A DNA stretch of 64,000 nucleotides from an uncultured Solirubrobacteraceae bacterium (GCA_963702225.1 CAVPBY010000085.1:6663-70662); one strand, 5' to 3'. Counted from the first letter of the stretch, positions 23,006 through 39,139 are shown. Notes: generated by a model not told the origin, from the letters alone. Numbers and translations are program-made.

Positions 23006-23802
23006 TCACTCCGGGAACGTCGCGAGGACGTAGAGGCCCAGGCCCTCCTCGCCCCGGCTGTGGCAGCGCAACGGGAGCACCTGCAGGGCCGCGCCCTCGC
23101 TCGCCTGCGCGGACGGCGGGCCGGCGGCCTCGCCCGCGGCCCGGCGGGGGAACTCGCGCTCGCCCTCGCCGACCCACAGCTCGAGGTTGACGCGCGCCGG
23201 GGTCCCGGCGCCGTCGTAGGTCGTGGACAGGCGCGGGTCCGACACGGTCATCCACCGTTCCGGGTCGAACAGGGTCGCACTCACCGCGTCGCCGTCGGAC
23301 CGGTCGCTGCGCCGCGGCCGGGCCGCGATCAGGCCGACGGCGGAGCCGTCCGCGAACCACCCCGCGACGAACCGGGCCGAGCCGGGCGCCTCCTTGGCCG
23401 ATCGCGGCGGTCCGAGCGTCACCCGGATCCCCCGCCAGTCGACCGGCCGCCCCGCGGCGGCGCCGGTCACCCGGCAGAGCTCAGGCCCCTCGCCGGGGAC
23501 GGGCGCGGCACCGGCCGGCGTCGGCGCACCCGCATCCCCGTCGCCGGACGGGGCGGGGCGGGCGGCGTATCGGGCACGGCCAGCAGCGAGACCCCGCTCT
23601 CGTCGCCCTCGAGCCTCCAGTGACCGTCCGGCTCCTCGCTCACATGCAGCCCCGCACCGGGCGCCGAGCCGCCGTCGCCCGGCCCGAGCGCCAGCGACCA
23701 TCCGGCGCCGCCGGACAGCGCGGCGCCCCATGCCGTGCCGTCGGCACTGGCGAACGCGAGCGCACGCAGACCCTCCCCCGCGCCGCGCCGCGCCGGGCTC
23801 AT
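23006..23802 (-). CDS. Hypothetical protein, frameshifted
   Basis: ATG overlaps the fxsA stop (ATGA). The C-terminal half has DPRLSTTYDGAGTPARVNLELW...RRAAGE. Confidence 0.65.
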
Positions 23803-24263
23803 CCGTGCAGCTGGGGGCGGTCGCCGCGCGGGCGCGGCGTGGCGTCGGAGGCGGTCGCGTCGACGTCGTAGTCGCGCCGGGCGCCGCGTGCGAAGTGCGC
23901 CGCGCGGGACACCAGGCGGCTCTGCGCATGGGCGACCAGCCAGCGGCCGAGGCCGCGGCGCGCCGCCGGCACGAGCAGCACGAGCGCCAGCGCATCGGTG
24001 ACGAAGCCCGGCACGATGAACAGCGCCCCCGCGAGCAGCGCGAGCCCGCCGTCGAGCAGGCCGGGACCGGGCGGGCGGCCGGCGGCGAGCGTGTCGCGCA
24101 GGCGCGCGAGCACGGCGCGGCCCTCGGCCCGCAGCAGCCATCCGCCGACCGGCCAGCCGGCGAGCAGCAGCAGGATGCACCACAGGACGCCGACAAGGTC
24201 GGCGACGGCGACCGCCGCCGCGATCTCGGCGACGACCCACACGAGGAACACGGCGATGAACAT
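23799..24263 (-). CDS. fxsA: FxsA-family membrane protein
   Basis: AEIA, LLRAEG and LAGALFIVPGFVTDALAL (FxsA PGF(V/I)TD signature). Confidence 0.88.
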   Translation of the reverse strand: MFIAVFLVWVVAEIAAAVAVADLVGVLWCILLLLAGWPVGGWLLRAEGRAVLARLRDTLAAGRPPGPGLLDGGLALLAGALFIVPGFVTDALALVLLVPAARRGLGRWLVAHAQSRLVSRAAHFARGARRDYDVDATASDATPRPRGDRPQLHG

Positions 24264-24317
24264 GGACGGAAGGCGAGCGGCCCAATCGAAGCGGCGGCAA
24301 TGAACCGCCGCGGAGCG

Positions 24318-25330
24318 TCAGTCGACCCCGAGCGCCGCCTGGGCGGACGCGAGCGCGGCGGGGTCCGGATCGGGCAGCGGGTCCAGGCCCGCCCCGTAGC
24401 GCGAGCGGTTCTCCCAGTTGAAGAAGCCGAGGTCGAGCGCCGCCAGCGGCAGCGCGGCACGCCTCCGCGAGGTCGGCGGCACGACGCTCCAGCAGCATCG
24501 GATCGCCGATCCCGAGGATGCGCTTGGCCGCGAGCGTGACCTGGTCGGTGCCGCCGAGGTGCAGTGGACCGGCGCGCAGCTCGTAGACGCCGAGCCGGCC
24601 GAGGGTGACGAGCAGGTCGTAGCGGGGGTCGCGGTTGATCGCCGCCAGCGAGCCCAGCCGCTCGAACACGCGGTCGAAGCGCCGCTCGGGGCTCCACGCC
24701 GGCTCGCCCTCGAAGCCCGCGGCCTGCGAGCCGACCGCGTCGCCCAGCCACGGTAGGCGTCGGCCGCGCGGGCGGCGCGGGATCCGTCGCCGGCCCCGCG
24801 CGGACCGAGCGCGACCCCGGCGAGCGCGGCGGCTCGCCGCCCTGCCAGCTGGACCGGGCCGCGTCGATCGCCGCGAACGGACCGCCCTCGATGGACGGGT
24901 CGAGCGGCCGAGCAGCGCATCTGGACGGCCAGCCAGGTCCGCTCCTCGAGCGGACCGCCGGCCGCGACCTCCACGTAGAGGCCCGGCGGGTCGGCGGCGA
25001 TCACGTCCAGCCGGGTGGCCGCGAACGCGATCTCCTCCGCCAGCCGGGCGGCGTCGGCCCGCGAGTGGATGCCGGGCACCAGCGGGGAGCCGTAGCCGTC
25101 GTCGGCCTCGCGCGCGAGCCGTCGGACGGTCATCCCCCCGGCCGAGCGCGCGGACCGGCACTGCGCGCCGAGGGGCGCTCTGCGGGACCGGCGGCGCCCG
25201 GCGAGTGGCGTGACGGGCGCGGTTCGGGCCGGCCGCCGGGCGAGACGACCGGACGCAGCTCGACGTCCTGCTCACGGGCGCAGATCGTGCAGTTCTGCAC
25301 GAGACGGTTGTGGCGGCAGAACGTCGGCAT
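24318..25330 (-). CDS. Hypothetical protein with N-terminal Cys/His motif, resembling alpha-glutamyl/putrescinyl thymine pyrophosphorylase clade 3; frameshifted
   Basis: MPTFCRHNRLVQNCTIC...EERTWLA...ERRFDRVFERL...RYDLLVTLGRLGVYELRAGPLHL...AAKRILG...LDLGFFNW. The family call is from recalled motif similarity only. Confidence 0.55.
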
Positions 25331-25376
25331 GCGACCCGTCGAGCAATATCAGGCGCGCGCAACCGGAGCGTCCCGG

Positions 25377-25477
25377 AAGAGAACCGGGGGACCCGGATCC
25401 ATCCGGGCCCCCCGGATAGCCAGGGAAGTGGGGGCGCAGTTCCCTGACTGACGGGCGAGTTTCTCCGTCCCAAGCTT
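25377..25477 (-). ncRNA. Candidate small RNA: three hairpins ending in an intrinsic terminator
   Basis: Hairpins at 25450-25469, 25418-25449 (10 bp, C-rich loop) and 25384-25415 (14 bp, then UUCUCUU). Both A-C mismatches on the plus strand are G.U pairs on the minus strand. TATGTT -10-like hexamer at 25489-25484. Confidence 0.5.
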
Positions 25478-25622
25478 TCGCTAAACATACTCGCCCCGAA
25501 CGTTCTTGTGGGCGAGACCGCACCATCGCGCCGGGACGAACGGTACCACCAACACCCGAGCGTATGGAGAGAAGTTCGCTCTTACCAGATCGCGAAAAGG
25601 CCAGCAAGCGGCCGGTAAGTAA

Positions 25623-27178
25623 TCAGCTCGTGTCCCGGACCGCTAAAGAATGGTCGCCCGGCCTCACCGTGCCCGCCGCCTCGGCCTGATGGCGGAGCGT
25701 GCTGGTCGGGCTCGCCGCTCCACGCGCCGATCGCGAACAGTTCGCGGTCCTGGTCCATCGGCGAGCCGCCGAGCGCCTTGTTGACGACGCGAGCGCACGT
25801 GCGTCCCTCGGCGATCGCCGAGACCACCAGCGACTGCCCGATGCGGGCGTCGCCGCAGGCGAAGACGCCGCTGACCGACGTCTTGTAGGTCTGCTCGGTG
25901 CGGATGTTGCCGCGCCGGTCGAGGTCGAGCCGAGTGGGCCGACCAGACCCTCGTGCTCGGGGTGGTCGAAGCCGATCGCGATCAGCACGAGGTCGGCCTC
26001 GAGCACGAACTCGGTGCCCGGAACCGGAGTCAGGTCGCGGGACGAGTTGCCGGTGACCTTGCGCGCGTAGACGTGGGTGACGTTGCCGTCCTGCCGCCGA
26101 AGCCCGTGACCTCGGTCCCCCAGCGACGCTGCCGCCCTCGTCGAGCGCGTAGGTGCGTCGAGCGTGCGCTTGGGCGGCAGCGGCCACGGGTGCCGCGGGT
26201 CGCGCCTCGGGCAGCTCGGCGTAGACGTCGAGGATCGGTCGCGCTCGGCGCGCCCTCGCGGTGGGAGTTGGAGATGCAGTCCATGCCGGTGTCGCCCCCG
26301 CCGATCACGATCACCGCTTGCCGGAGGCGCTGATCTCGCATGCCCGGCTCGCCGGGTCGCGGAACGGCCGGCCCTCCAGGCCGCGACCCAGCGGTTGCGC
26401 TGGTAGAGGTAGTCCATCGCGAGGTGGATCCCCTCAGCTGGCGCCCTCGACGTCCATGCGCGGGAGACCCGCGAGCCGATCGCCAGCACGATCGCGTCGT
26501 GGCGCTGTTGCAGCTCCGCGGCGTCACGTCGCGCCCGACGTCGCAGCCGTAGACGAACTCGATCCCCTCCGCCTGGAGCAGCTCGACGCGGCGGTCGATG
26601 ATCCGCCTTCTCGAGCTTGGCATCCGGGACCCCGAAGCGCATCAGGCCGCCGCGGGCCCTCGTCGCGCTCGTAGACCGTGACCGTGTGCCCGCATCCTGT
26701 TGAGCTCGGCGGCGACCGCGAGCCCGGCGGGGCCGGACCCGACGACCGCCACCGCTCGCCTGAGCGCCGGTCCGGAGGCTCGGCGACGACCCAGCCCTCC
26801 TCGAAGGCGCGGTCGATGATCGCCAGCTCGATCTGCTCGATCGTCACCGGGTCGTCGTTGATCGTCAGCACGCACGCCGACTCGCACGGCGCAGGGCAGA
26901 TCCGCCCGGTGAACTCGGGGAAGTTGTTCGTCGCGTGGAGCTGCTCGATCGCGTCGCGCCACTTGTCGCGGTAGACGAGGTCGTTCCAGTCCGGGATCAG
27001 GTTGCCGAGCGGGCAGCCCTCGTGGCAGAACGGGACCCCGCAGTCCATGCAGCGCGCGCCCTGGCGGCGCAGCTCGTCCTCGGGCTGCAGCGCGAAGTAC
27101 TGGCGGTAGTCGCCTACATGGTCGCGAGGGTCGCGCTTGTCGAAGCCGACCCGATGGATCTTCAGGAAGGCGCCGAGC

Positions 27179-27186
<8 letters not shown>
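25623..27186 (-). CDS. gltD: Glutamate synthase small subunit, frameshifted (3' end uncertain)
   Basis: QGARCMDCGVPFCHEGCPLGNLIPDWN, NNFPEFTGRICPAPCE, GSGPAGL, GGGDTGMDC and GQSLVV. Confidence 0.95.
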
Positions 27187-31711
<4,525 letters not shown>

Positions 31712-31796
31712 GCGTGACATACAGCGGTGCCTTCGGTCGCGGACAGGGGGGTCAGGCACTGCGGAGCAGCGCGCCCAATCGTACCGAACTCCCCGT

Positions 31797-32698
31797 TCAG
31801 CGCTTGGACTTGGCGGTCTTGCGGGAGCCCGAGCCGTCGGACTCCGACTTCTTGGAGCGGCCGCGCGACTTGGCGGCGGCCGGCTTGAGGACTCGTCGAC
31901 CTCGTCCGGGAGGAGCAGGAGCGGACCTCGGCGAGGCTCGCCTCCAGCGCCGCCATCAGGTCCGGGGCGGGGCCGGTGTCCTCGGCCTCGGGCTGGACCG
32001 CGATCTCCTCGCCCGCTGCCTTGCGCTCGATCAGCTCGAGCACGCGCTCGCGATACTCGTCCTTGAACTTCGACGGGTCGAACTCGGCCGACAGCGAGTC
32101 GATCAGCTGCTGGGCCATCGTGACCTCGCGCTCGGTCGCCTCGGCGTCGCCGAGCGCGTCGAGCTCGTCGATGCGGTCCGGGCGAGAGCACCTCGTCGCC
32201 GAACAGCATCGTCGAGAGCCCCAGTGCCTCCCCATCGGCCGCAGCGCGCACAGCTGCTGCTTGGAGCGGATCACGATCCTTCCCGATCGCGACCTTGCCC
32301 GACTCGCTCATCGCCTCCATCAGCAGCCGGTAGGCCTTCGCGCCGCCGGCCGCCGGCGCCAGGTAGTACGAGTGGTCGTAGTAGATCGGGTCGATCTCGG
32401 AGAGCTCGACGAACTCCTCGATGTCGATCGTGCGCGTCGCCTTGGGATCGAGCGCGTCGAGCTCGTCGGGATCGATCAACACGTAGCGCTCCGGGCTCAG
32501 CTCGTAGCCCTTGACGATGTCCTCGAATGCGACCTCATCGCCGGTCGAGGGGTCGACGCGCTTCTGGCGGATCCGCGTGCCCGTCTTGGCGGACAGCTGG
32601 TGGAACCGCACCGACTTGGGTGAGGTGGCGCTGTACAGCTTGACGGGCACGTTGACCAGGCCGAAGCTGATCGCGCCGCTCCAAATCGCTCGTGGCAT
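31797..32698 (-). CDS. ku: Ku non-homologous end joining protein, frameshifted
   Basis: MPRAIWSGAISFGLVNVPVKLY, IVKGYE, IDPIYY, DLMAALEASL and a basic tail. Confidence 0.96.
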
Positions 32699-32807
32699 TC
32701 GCGTGTTTGTATACCCGTACCCGCGCGTTCGGGCAAGAGCTGGTGGTGGACTTGCCGCCCCGCTCGCCCGGCCGACGTCCCATTGACACCCGCAGGAGGT
32801 TCACCCG

Positions 32808-33425
32808 ATGCGTCCGCTCACCACCCCCCTCGCCGCCGCCGGCGCCGCCGCCGCCGCGTCGGGAGCCATGATGCTCACGGGCGCGGGCGCGCTCTCCGCG
32901 GCCTCGGCTCGGTCGGCCTCGGCGGTCCCGCCGCAGCCGACCGTCAGCGCACCGCTGATCCGGGTGCAGAACGGCACGCTGGCGGTCGGCTCGCAGATCC
33001 CCAACCACCAGGTCAACGCCCGTCGCACCTACTTCGGCAACTCGTTCGGGGTGACGCTCGGCCACGACCGCCAGGGCGCGCTCTACCCCGTCCAGACCGG
33101 CAACGGCGGCCTGCGCTGGCGCACCGACGGCCCGGCGCTGTTCCTGCCGACCGCGGACGCGCCGAACGCCGTCGACACCGTCACCGCCGCCACCAAGACG
33201 CTGCAGTACGCCTTCGGCGCGGGCGGCCAGACCGTCGACGTCACCCGCGACGGCGGGCCGCAGTGGCGGCGGGCGACGTTCGACGGCACGGTGCTGTCGG
33301 TCTCACCGGGCGTCGCCCGCAACGAGCTGGTGGCGTTCGTCAACAACGGCTCGGGCGTGACCTGGCAGTACGTCACCCGCAACGGCGGCGCGACCTGGAC
33401 GTACTTCCCCCGCTTCATCGGCTGA
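32808..33425 (+). CDS. Secreted protein with Asp-box/BNR-like repeats
   Basis: RBS AGGAGG, signal peptide and three motifs (TGNGGLRW, TRDGGPQW, TRNGGATW). Confidence 0.7.
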   Translation: MRPLTTPLAAAGAAAAASGAMMLTGAGALSAASARSASAVPPQPTVSAPLIRVQNGTLAVGSQIPNHQVNARRTYFGNSFGVTLGHDRQGALYPVQTGNGGLRWRTDGPALFLPTADAPNAVDTVTAATKTLQYAFGAGGQTVDVTRDGGPQWRRATFDGTVLSVSPGVARNELVAFVNNGSGVTWQYVTRNGGATWTYFPRFIG

Positions 33426-33455
33426 CCGGCCACGGCCCGGCCCCGGGGCGGGGCG

Positions 33456-33532
33456 GCTCAGCCGGGTGAGCGGCTCAGCCGGGTGAGCCGCTCAGCGGGG
33501 TGAGCCGATCGGCGGGGTGAGCGGCTCAGCGG
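33456..33532. repeat. 17-bp tandem palindromic repeat (GCTCAGCSGGGTGAGCS), about 4.5 copies
   Basis: Units start at 33456, 33473, 33490, 33507 (degenerate) and 33524 (partial). Lies between convergent genes. Confidence 0.85.
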
Positions 33533-34509
33533 CCGATCGGCGTCATGTCGGGGTAGCGGTCCCCCGCGGCGGCGCCGAGCGGGGCCGCCTCGTCGAGCGC
33601 GGCCAGGTCGGCGGCGGTGAGCTCGACCTCGGCCGCCTGCGCGTTCTGCTCCAGGTAGGTCCGCCGCTTGGTCCCCGGGATCGGGACGACGTCCTCGCCC
33701 TGCGCGAGCACCCAGGCGAGGGCGAGCTGCCCGGGCGTGCAGTCCTTCTCCCGGGCGATCGCCTCGACGCGGCGCACCAGCGCCAGGTTGGCCTCGAGGT
33801 TGGCGCCCTGGAAGCGCGGGTTGGTGCGCCGAAAGTCGTCGGTCGCGAGGCTGTCGGTGCTCGTGATCTGACCGGTGAGGAAGCCGCGCCCGAGCGGGCT
33901 GTAGGCGACCAGCCCGATCCCGAGCTCGGTGAGCACCGGGCGGACCTGCTCCTCGAGGTCGCGGCTCCACAGCGAGTACTCGCTCTGCAGCGCGGAGATC
34001 GGATGGACCGCATGGGCCCGGCGGATCGTCTCCGGGCCCGCCTCGGAGAGCCCGAGGAAGCGCACCTTGCCGGCGTCGACGAGCTCCGCCATCGCGCCGA
34101 CCGTCTCCTCGATCGGCACGTCGGGGTCGACGCGGTGCTGGTAGTAGAGGTCGATGTGGTCGATCGCCAGGCGGCGGAGCGAGGCGTCGCAGGCGGTGTG
34201 GACGTAGTCGGGACGTCCGTTGATCGAGCGGCCGGCCGGGTTCTCGGGGTTACGCACCACCCCGAACTTGGTGGCGAGCACGACCGCGTCCCGACGATCG
34301 GCGATCGCCTCGCCGACGAGCTGCTCGTTGGCGCCGATGCCGTACTGGTCGGCGGTGTCGAGCAGGTCGATCCCGAGCTCGAGCGCGCGATGGATGGTGG
34401 CGCGGGCCTCCCCCTCGTCGGAGGTCCCGTAGAACTCCGACATCCCCATGCAGCCGAGGCCCTCGGCGGAGACCTCCAGGCCCTGGGTTCCGAGCGTGCG
34501 GCGCTGCAT
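33526..34509 (-). CDS. Aldo/keto reductase
   Basis: [38 protein letters not shown] and PIPGTKR. Confidence 0.96.
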   Translation of the reverse strand: MQRRTLGTQGLEVSAEGLGCMGMSEFYGTSDEGEARATIHRALELGIDLLDTADQYGIGANEQLVGEAIADRRDAVVLATKFGVVRNPENPAGRSINGRPDYVHTACDASLRRLAIDHIDLYYQHRVDPDVPIEETVGAMAELVDAGKVRFLGLSEAGPETIRRAHAVHPISALQSEYSLWSRDLEEQVRPVLTELGIGLVAYSPLGRGFLTGQITSTDSLATDDFRRTNPRFQGANLEANLALVRRVEAIAREKDCTPGQLALAWVLAQGEDVVPIPGTKRRTYLEQNAQAAEVELTAADLAALDEAAPLGAAAGDRYPDMTPIGR

Positions 34510-34570
34510 GGGTGGCAGCCTAGCGGCCGGGGACAGTTGGCTTTCAGCGCCTCGGGGTAGTAGCGAAGCC

Positions 34571-35515
34571 ATGGGTCGCGTCCTGCGCCGTCTCGACGAC
34601 TTCCAGCAGCGCCGCCGCTGGCTCGCCGTGCCGCTCGCGGTCGTCAAGAAGGCGAGTGACGACCAGGGCGGGAATCTCGCCGCACTCGTCGCCTACTACG
34701 GCTTCTTCTCGCTCTTCCCGCTGCTGCTCGTGTTCGCGACGATCGTCGGGTTCGCGCTCTCCGGCCATCCGCACACGCAGACCACGCTGGAGCAGTCGAT
34801 CAGCAACCAGTTCCCGTCGGTGGGCAAGGAACTGCACTTCAAGCACATCTCGGGCTCGGTCATCGCGCTCGTGCTCGGCATCGCGACCTCCCTGTACGCG
34901 GGTCTCGGAGTGACGAACGCCGCCCAGAACCTCATGAGCACCGTGTGGGCGGTCCCGCACAAGGACCGGCCGAACTTCGTGCAGTCGCGACTGCGGGGGC
35001 TCGGACTGCTCGTCTTCCTCGGCGCGATGTTCATCATCTCGACGATCGTCACCGGCGCGGTGAGCTCGACCTTCGGCGGGATCGGGGCGAAGATCGGGGG
35101 TTACGTGGTCTCCCTACTCGTCAACGGGGCACTGTTCTTCGCCTCCTTCCGCCTGATGACCGACGGCGAGGTGCCCAGCCGTCAGCTGCGAACCGGGACG
35201 GTCGTCGCCTCGATCCTGTGGACCATCCTGCAATCGGTCGCAAGCGTCTACCTGCATCACGCCACCGGCGGCAGCTACGGGGTGTTCGCCACGGTCATCC
35301 CGCTCATCATCTGGCTGCACCTCGGCGGCCAGGTGTTCATGTACAGCGCCGAGGTCAACGTCGTCACCAGCCGCCGGCTGTGGCCGCGCAGCTTCTTCGG
35401 CCCGCCGGTCGAGCCGGCCGACCAGGAGGCCCTCGCCGCGCTCGCGAAGGTGGAGGAGCGCTCCGCTGAGCAGCACGTCGACGTCGCCTTCACCGATCCG
35501 CCGCGCCAGGAGTGA
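34571..35515 (+). CDS. YihY/virulence factor BrkB family membrane protein
   Basis: [17 protein letters not shown], multiple TM helices, SYGVFA and AEVN. Confidence 0.9.
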   Translation: MGRVLRRLDDFQQRRRWLAVPLAVVKKASDDQGGNLAALVAYYGFFSLFPLLLVFATIVGFALSGHPHTQTTLEQSISNQFPSVGKELHFKHISGSVIALVLGIATSLYAGLGVTNAAQNLMSTVWAVPHKDRPNFVQSRLRGLGLLVFLGAMFIISTIVTGAVSSTFGGIGAKIGGYVVSLLVNGALFFASFRLMTDGEVPSRQLRTGTVVASILWTILQSVASVYLHHATGGSYGVFATVIPLIIWLHLGGQVFMYSAEVNVVTSRRLWPRSFFGPPVEPADQEALAALAKVEERSAEQHVDVAFTDPPRQE

Positions 35516-35518
35516 GCC

Positions 35519-38500
35519 TCAGAACAGCGTGTCCGCGGACTCGCGGCGGGTGAGCTCGAGCGGCCACGAGCACAGACCGCCCTCGGCGGGGCAGCCGGCG
35601 CAGAGCCGCCGGTGGGGCTCGGGCGCGACCGGGAAGCGGCGCTCGAGCACTCCGGCGGCGAGCGCGCCCAGCCGCGCGGTGAGCTCCGGGCGCTGCGCGG
35701 CCGTGAACAGCGCGGTGACGGGATCCTCCGGCGCCTCCAGGAAGCAGTGGACGACCTCCACCTCGGTGGCGCCGGCGTGCAGCGCGGCGAGCGCGTAGAC
35801 GAGCTGCTGGCCCACGTAGCCCCGCGCGACGAGCGCCGCCGGATCCGATCGCCCCAGCCGGTCGGTCTTGTAGTCGACGATCACCATCCGCTCCGCAGCC
35901 AGGCCCGCCCTCCCCGCGCCCCGTGCCGGCGCGGGCTCGCGCGCGAGCACATCGAGCGCGCCGACGATCATCGGCCCGTCCGGCCGGTCGTCGAGCGCGA
36001 ACGAGAAGCGCTGCTCGCGCCGCACGCCGCCGGTCCGGCCGAGCCGCGCGCACAGCTCGGAGGCGGCGAAGCGGCGCACGATCGCGGCCAGGCCGTCGAG
36101 CTCCTCGGGCCCGGGCGGCGGGGTCAGGCCCGCGCGCGTCGCAGCGGCACGGGCGTGCTCGGCGCCGGGCACGACCGGGCGGCGGAAGTCCAGGCGCTCG
36201 AGCAGCGCGTGGGCGAGCACCCCGCGGCGCCGGCCACGGCTCTCCGCGGCCCCGGCCGGGGCGCGCTCGTCGCGCGGCTCCGCGTCGGGCAGACCGGGCA
36301 GCCCGAGCACGCGCTCGGCGTAGAAGCGGTACCCGCAGCGTTCGTAGTCGGCGAGCGCCGAGTAGCTGAGCGTCGCCACGGGCGAGCCGGCCTCGGGCGC
36401 CGGTCCCGGGGGCGCCGGCCCAGGGGGCGCCGCCCTCGGCGCCGGCGGGGCGGACGCGGCCGCCACGATGGGCTCGGCGGGCCGCGGCGCGCCGGCCTCC
36501 TGCGCCGGCTCGTCCTCGCCCGGCGCGAGCACGTGCACCCGCAGCCGCGCCGCGCCCGTGCTCGACCACGCCGCCGCCCTCGGCCACGACCGCGCCGATC
36601 TCGGGCACGAACGCGGGGCCGATCCAGGCGATCGGGCCGCCGCCGACGCGGTTCGGGGTGCCCTGCACCCACCCGTCGAGCTTCGCCGCCCCGCTGAGCA
36701 CGAGCCGCTCGCGGGCGCGGGTCATCGCGACGTAGAACAGCCGCCGCTCCTCCGCCTCCTCGGCGGCGCGCGCGTCCTCGCCGATCGCGCTGTAGTGCAG
36801 CGCCGACTCGCGGCCGGCGGCCCCGGCGCGGGCGAGGCGCAGGCCGATCCGCTCGGGCCGGCGTGGCTCGCCGCCGAGGCTCGGCGCCCGGGTCGACGCG
36901 CAGGATCGCCGCCGGGGGCCGCGGCGAGCGGCCGAGGTCGGCGACGCACACGGTGTCGAACTCCAGGCCCTTGGAGCGGTGGATCGTCATCAGCCGGATC
37001 GCGTCGAGCGCCTCGCCCTCGACCGGGGCCTCGCCTTCGCGCACGCTCTCGCCGCCGCGCTCGCGCTCGTCCAGGCCGTCGAGGAACCCCCGCAGGTCGG
37101 GGCCGTGCAGCGACTCGTGCTCACGGCCGAGCCGCATCAGCTTGCGCACGTTGGCCAGCCGGCGCCGGCCGCCGGGCATCTCGAGCATCGCCAGGTCGTA
37201 GCCGGTGACCGTGGAGCGCGCGATCGATCAGCTCCTCGATCCCGGCGCGCGGCGCCGCGCGCGCTCGCGCTCGAACCAGTCGCGGAACGCGGGGGAGCCG
37301 GGTCGCGTCCGCCTCCCCGAGCCCGGCCTCGCGCAGCTCGCCGATCGCGGTCTCGCCGCTGAGCGTGCGGTAGGCGTCGCGGCCGGCCGCCCGGGCGCCG
37401 GCCGCCAGGATCACCAGGCCGTCGAGCGTGAGCCCGACCAGCGGCGAGGCGAGCGCGCCGTACAGCGCCTCCTCCTCTCGCGGGTTGGCGAGCGCGCGCA
37501 GGTAGGCGACCATGTCGACGACCTGGGGGTGGGCCCAGTAGCCGCGCCCGCCGATCACGTACGTCGGCAGGCCGCGCTGCTCGAGCGCGCGCTCGTAGGC
37601 GCGCATGTCGGTGCTCGCGCGCATCAGCACGACGATCTCGCCGGGCGCGGTGCCCGCGGCGACGATCTCGGCGACCCGGTCGGCGAGCCCGCCCGCCTCG
37701 GCCAGCCGCCACGGGGCGGCCATCCCCTCCAGGTCCCAGTCCGCGCCCTTGTCGGCGATCAGCAGCTCGACCCGGGGGATCGGGATCCCGCCCGCCCCGC
37801 CCGCCCCCGGCCGACGCGCGGCCCGCTCCCAGCGGCGTGAACTCCTCCCCCATCGCGGCCGCGAATCCGGGGTTGAGCACGTCGAGGATCTCCGGCCGGG
37901 TGCGGAAGTTCGTGCGCAGCGTCTCCCGCGCGCCGGTCCGCTCCAGGCGCCGTCCGCGCTCGCGGAACAGCTCGACGTCGGCGTGGCGGAAGCCGTAGAT
38001 CGACTGCTGGGCGTCGCCGACCGTGAACAGGTTCCCGCGCGCGATCGCCTCGATCAGCTGAAGCTGGACCCGGTTGGTGTCCTGCAGCTCGTCGACCATG
38101 ATCGCGTGAAAGCGCTCGGCGTAGCCGGAGCGGAGCGCGGGCTGCTCGGCGAGCAGCCGGCGCGTGAGCAGCTCGAGGTCCTCGAAGTCGACCGCCGAGA
38201 TCTCCGCTTGGCCGCGGCGTAGTGCGCCGCGAACGAGCGCAGCAGCGCGTCGAGCGTGTCCCGCACCGGTCCGGCGGCGGCCGTCGCCGACGCGCGGCGG
38301 TAGCCGGCGAGCGCCTCGCCGTACTCTCCACAGGCGTCGGTGCTGAGCGCGGCGCCGTTGCGCGGGAGCTTGTATCGCCACAGCTCGGCGGGCCAGACCT
38401 GCTCGGGGGCGGGGAGCTCGAGCGCACGCGCCACGATGTCGAGCGCCTGCACGACGCTCGGCCCCGGGTCGTCGACCCGGTGCAGCTCGGCGGCAAGCGC

Positions 38501-39139
38501 CGTCGCGGCGGCGCGCAGCCGGGCCGCCGGATCCGGGCCGCCCGCCGGCGCGGCGTCGGGCGCGCCCAGCTCGGGCAGCCGCGGCTCGAGCTCCCCGAGC
38601 GAGCGCAGCTGGTCGTGGACGGAGAGGATCGCGGCGCGGAGTGCCGGCACACCGTAGGCGGCGATGAGCTCGACCGGGTCGACCGCGCCGGCGGCGGGCT
38701 CCTGCAGCGCGCGCTCGAACGCGGCTCCGGCGAGCACGGACGCGCGGTCGGCGTCGAGCACCTCGAAGCGGGGGTCGAGGCCGGCGGCGAGCGCGTGGGT
38801 GCGCAGCACGCGCGCGCAGAACCCGTGGATCGTCGAGATGAACGCGCCCTCGGTGGCGCGCGCCGCCTCGTGCGCGCCGAGCTCCGCCAGCCGCGCACGG
38901 ATCCGCTCGCGCAGCTCGGCGGCCGCCTTCTCGGTGAACGTGATCGTGAGGATCGCGCCGACGTCGACGTCGTCGCTGAGCACGGAGCGCACGAACCGCT
39001 CGACGAGCACCGCGGTCTTGCCGCTGCCGGCGGCGGCGTCGAGCAGCAGGTCACCCTGCCGGCGATCGATCGCCCGGCGCTGCTCCTCGGTCCATTTCCG
39101 CTCGGCCGCGCCCGCTCCGAGACACTCCACCGCGCTCAC
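35519..39139 (-). CDS. AddA-like UvrD helicase with C-terminal PD-(D/E)XK nuclease, frameshifted
   Basis: AAAGSGKT, ITFTEKAA, STIHGF, VDELQDTN, VGDAQQSIYGFR, MTIHRSKGLEF, YVAMTRA and DYKT. Confidence 0.92.
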
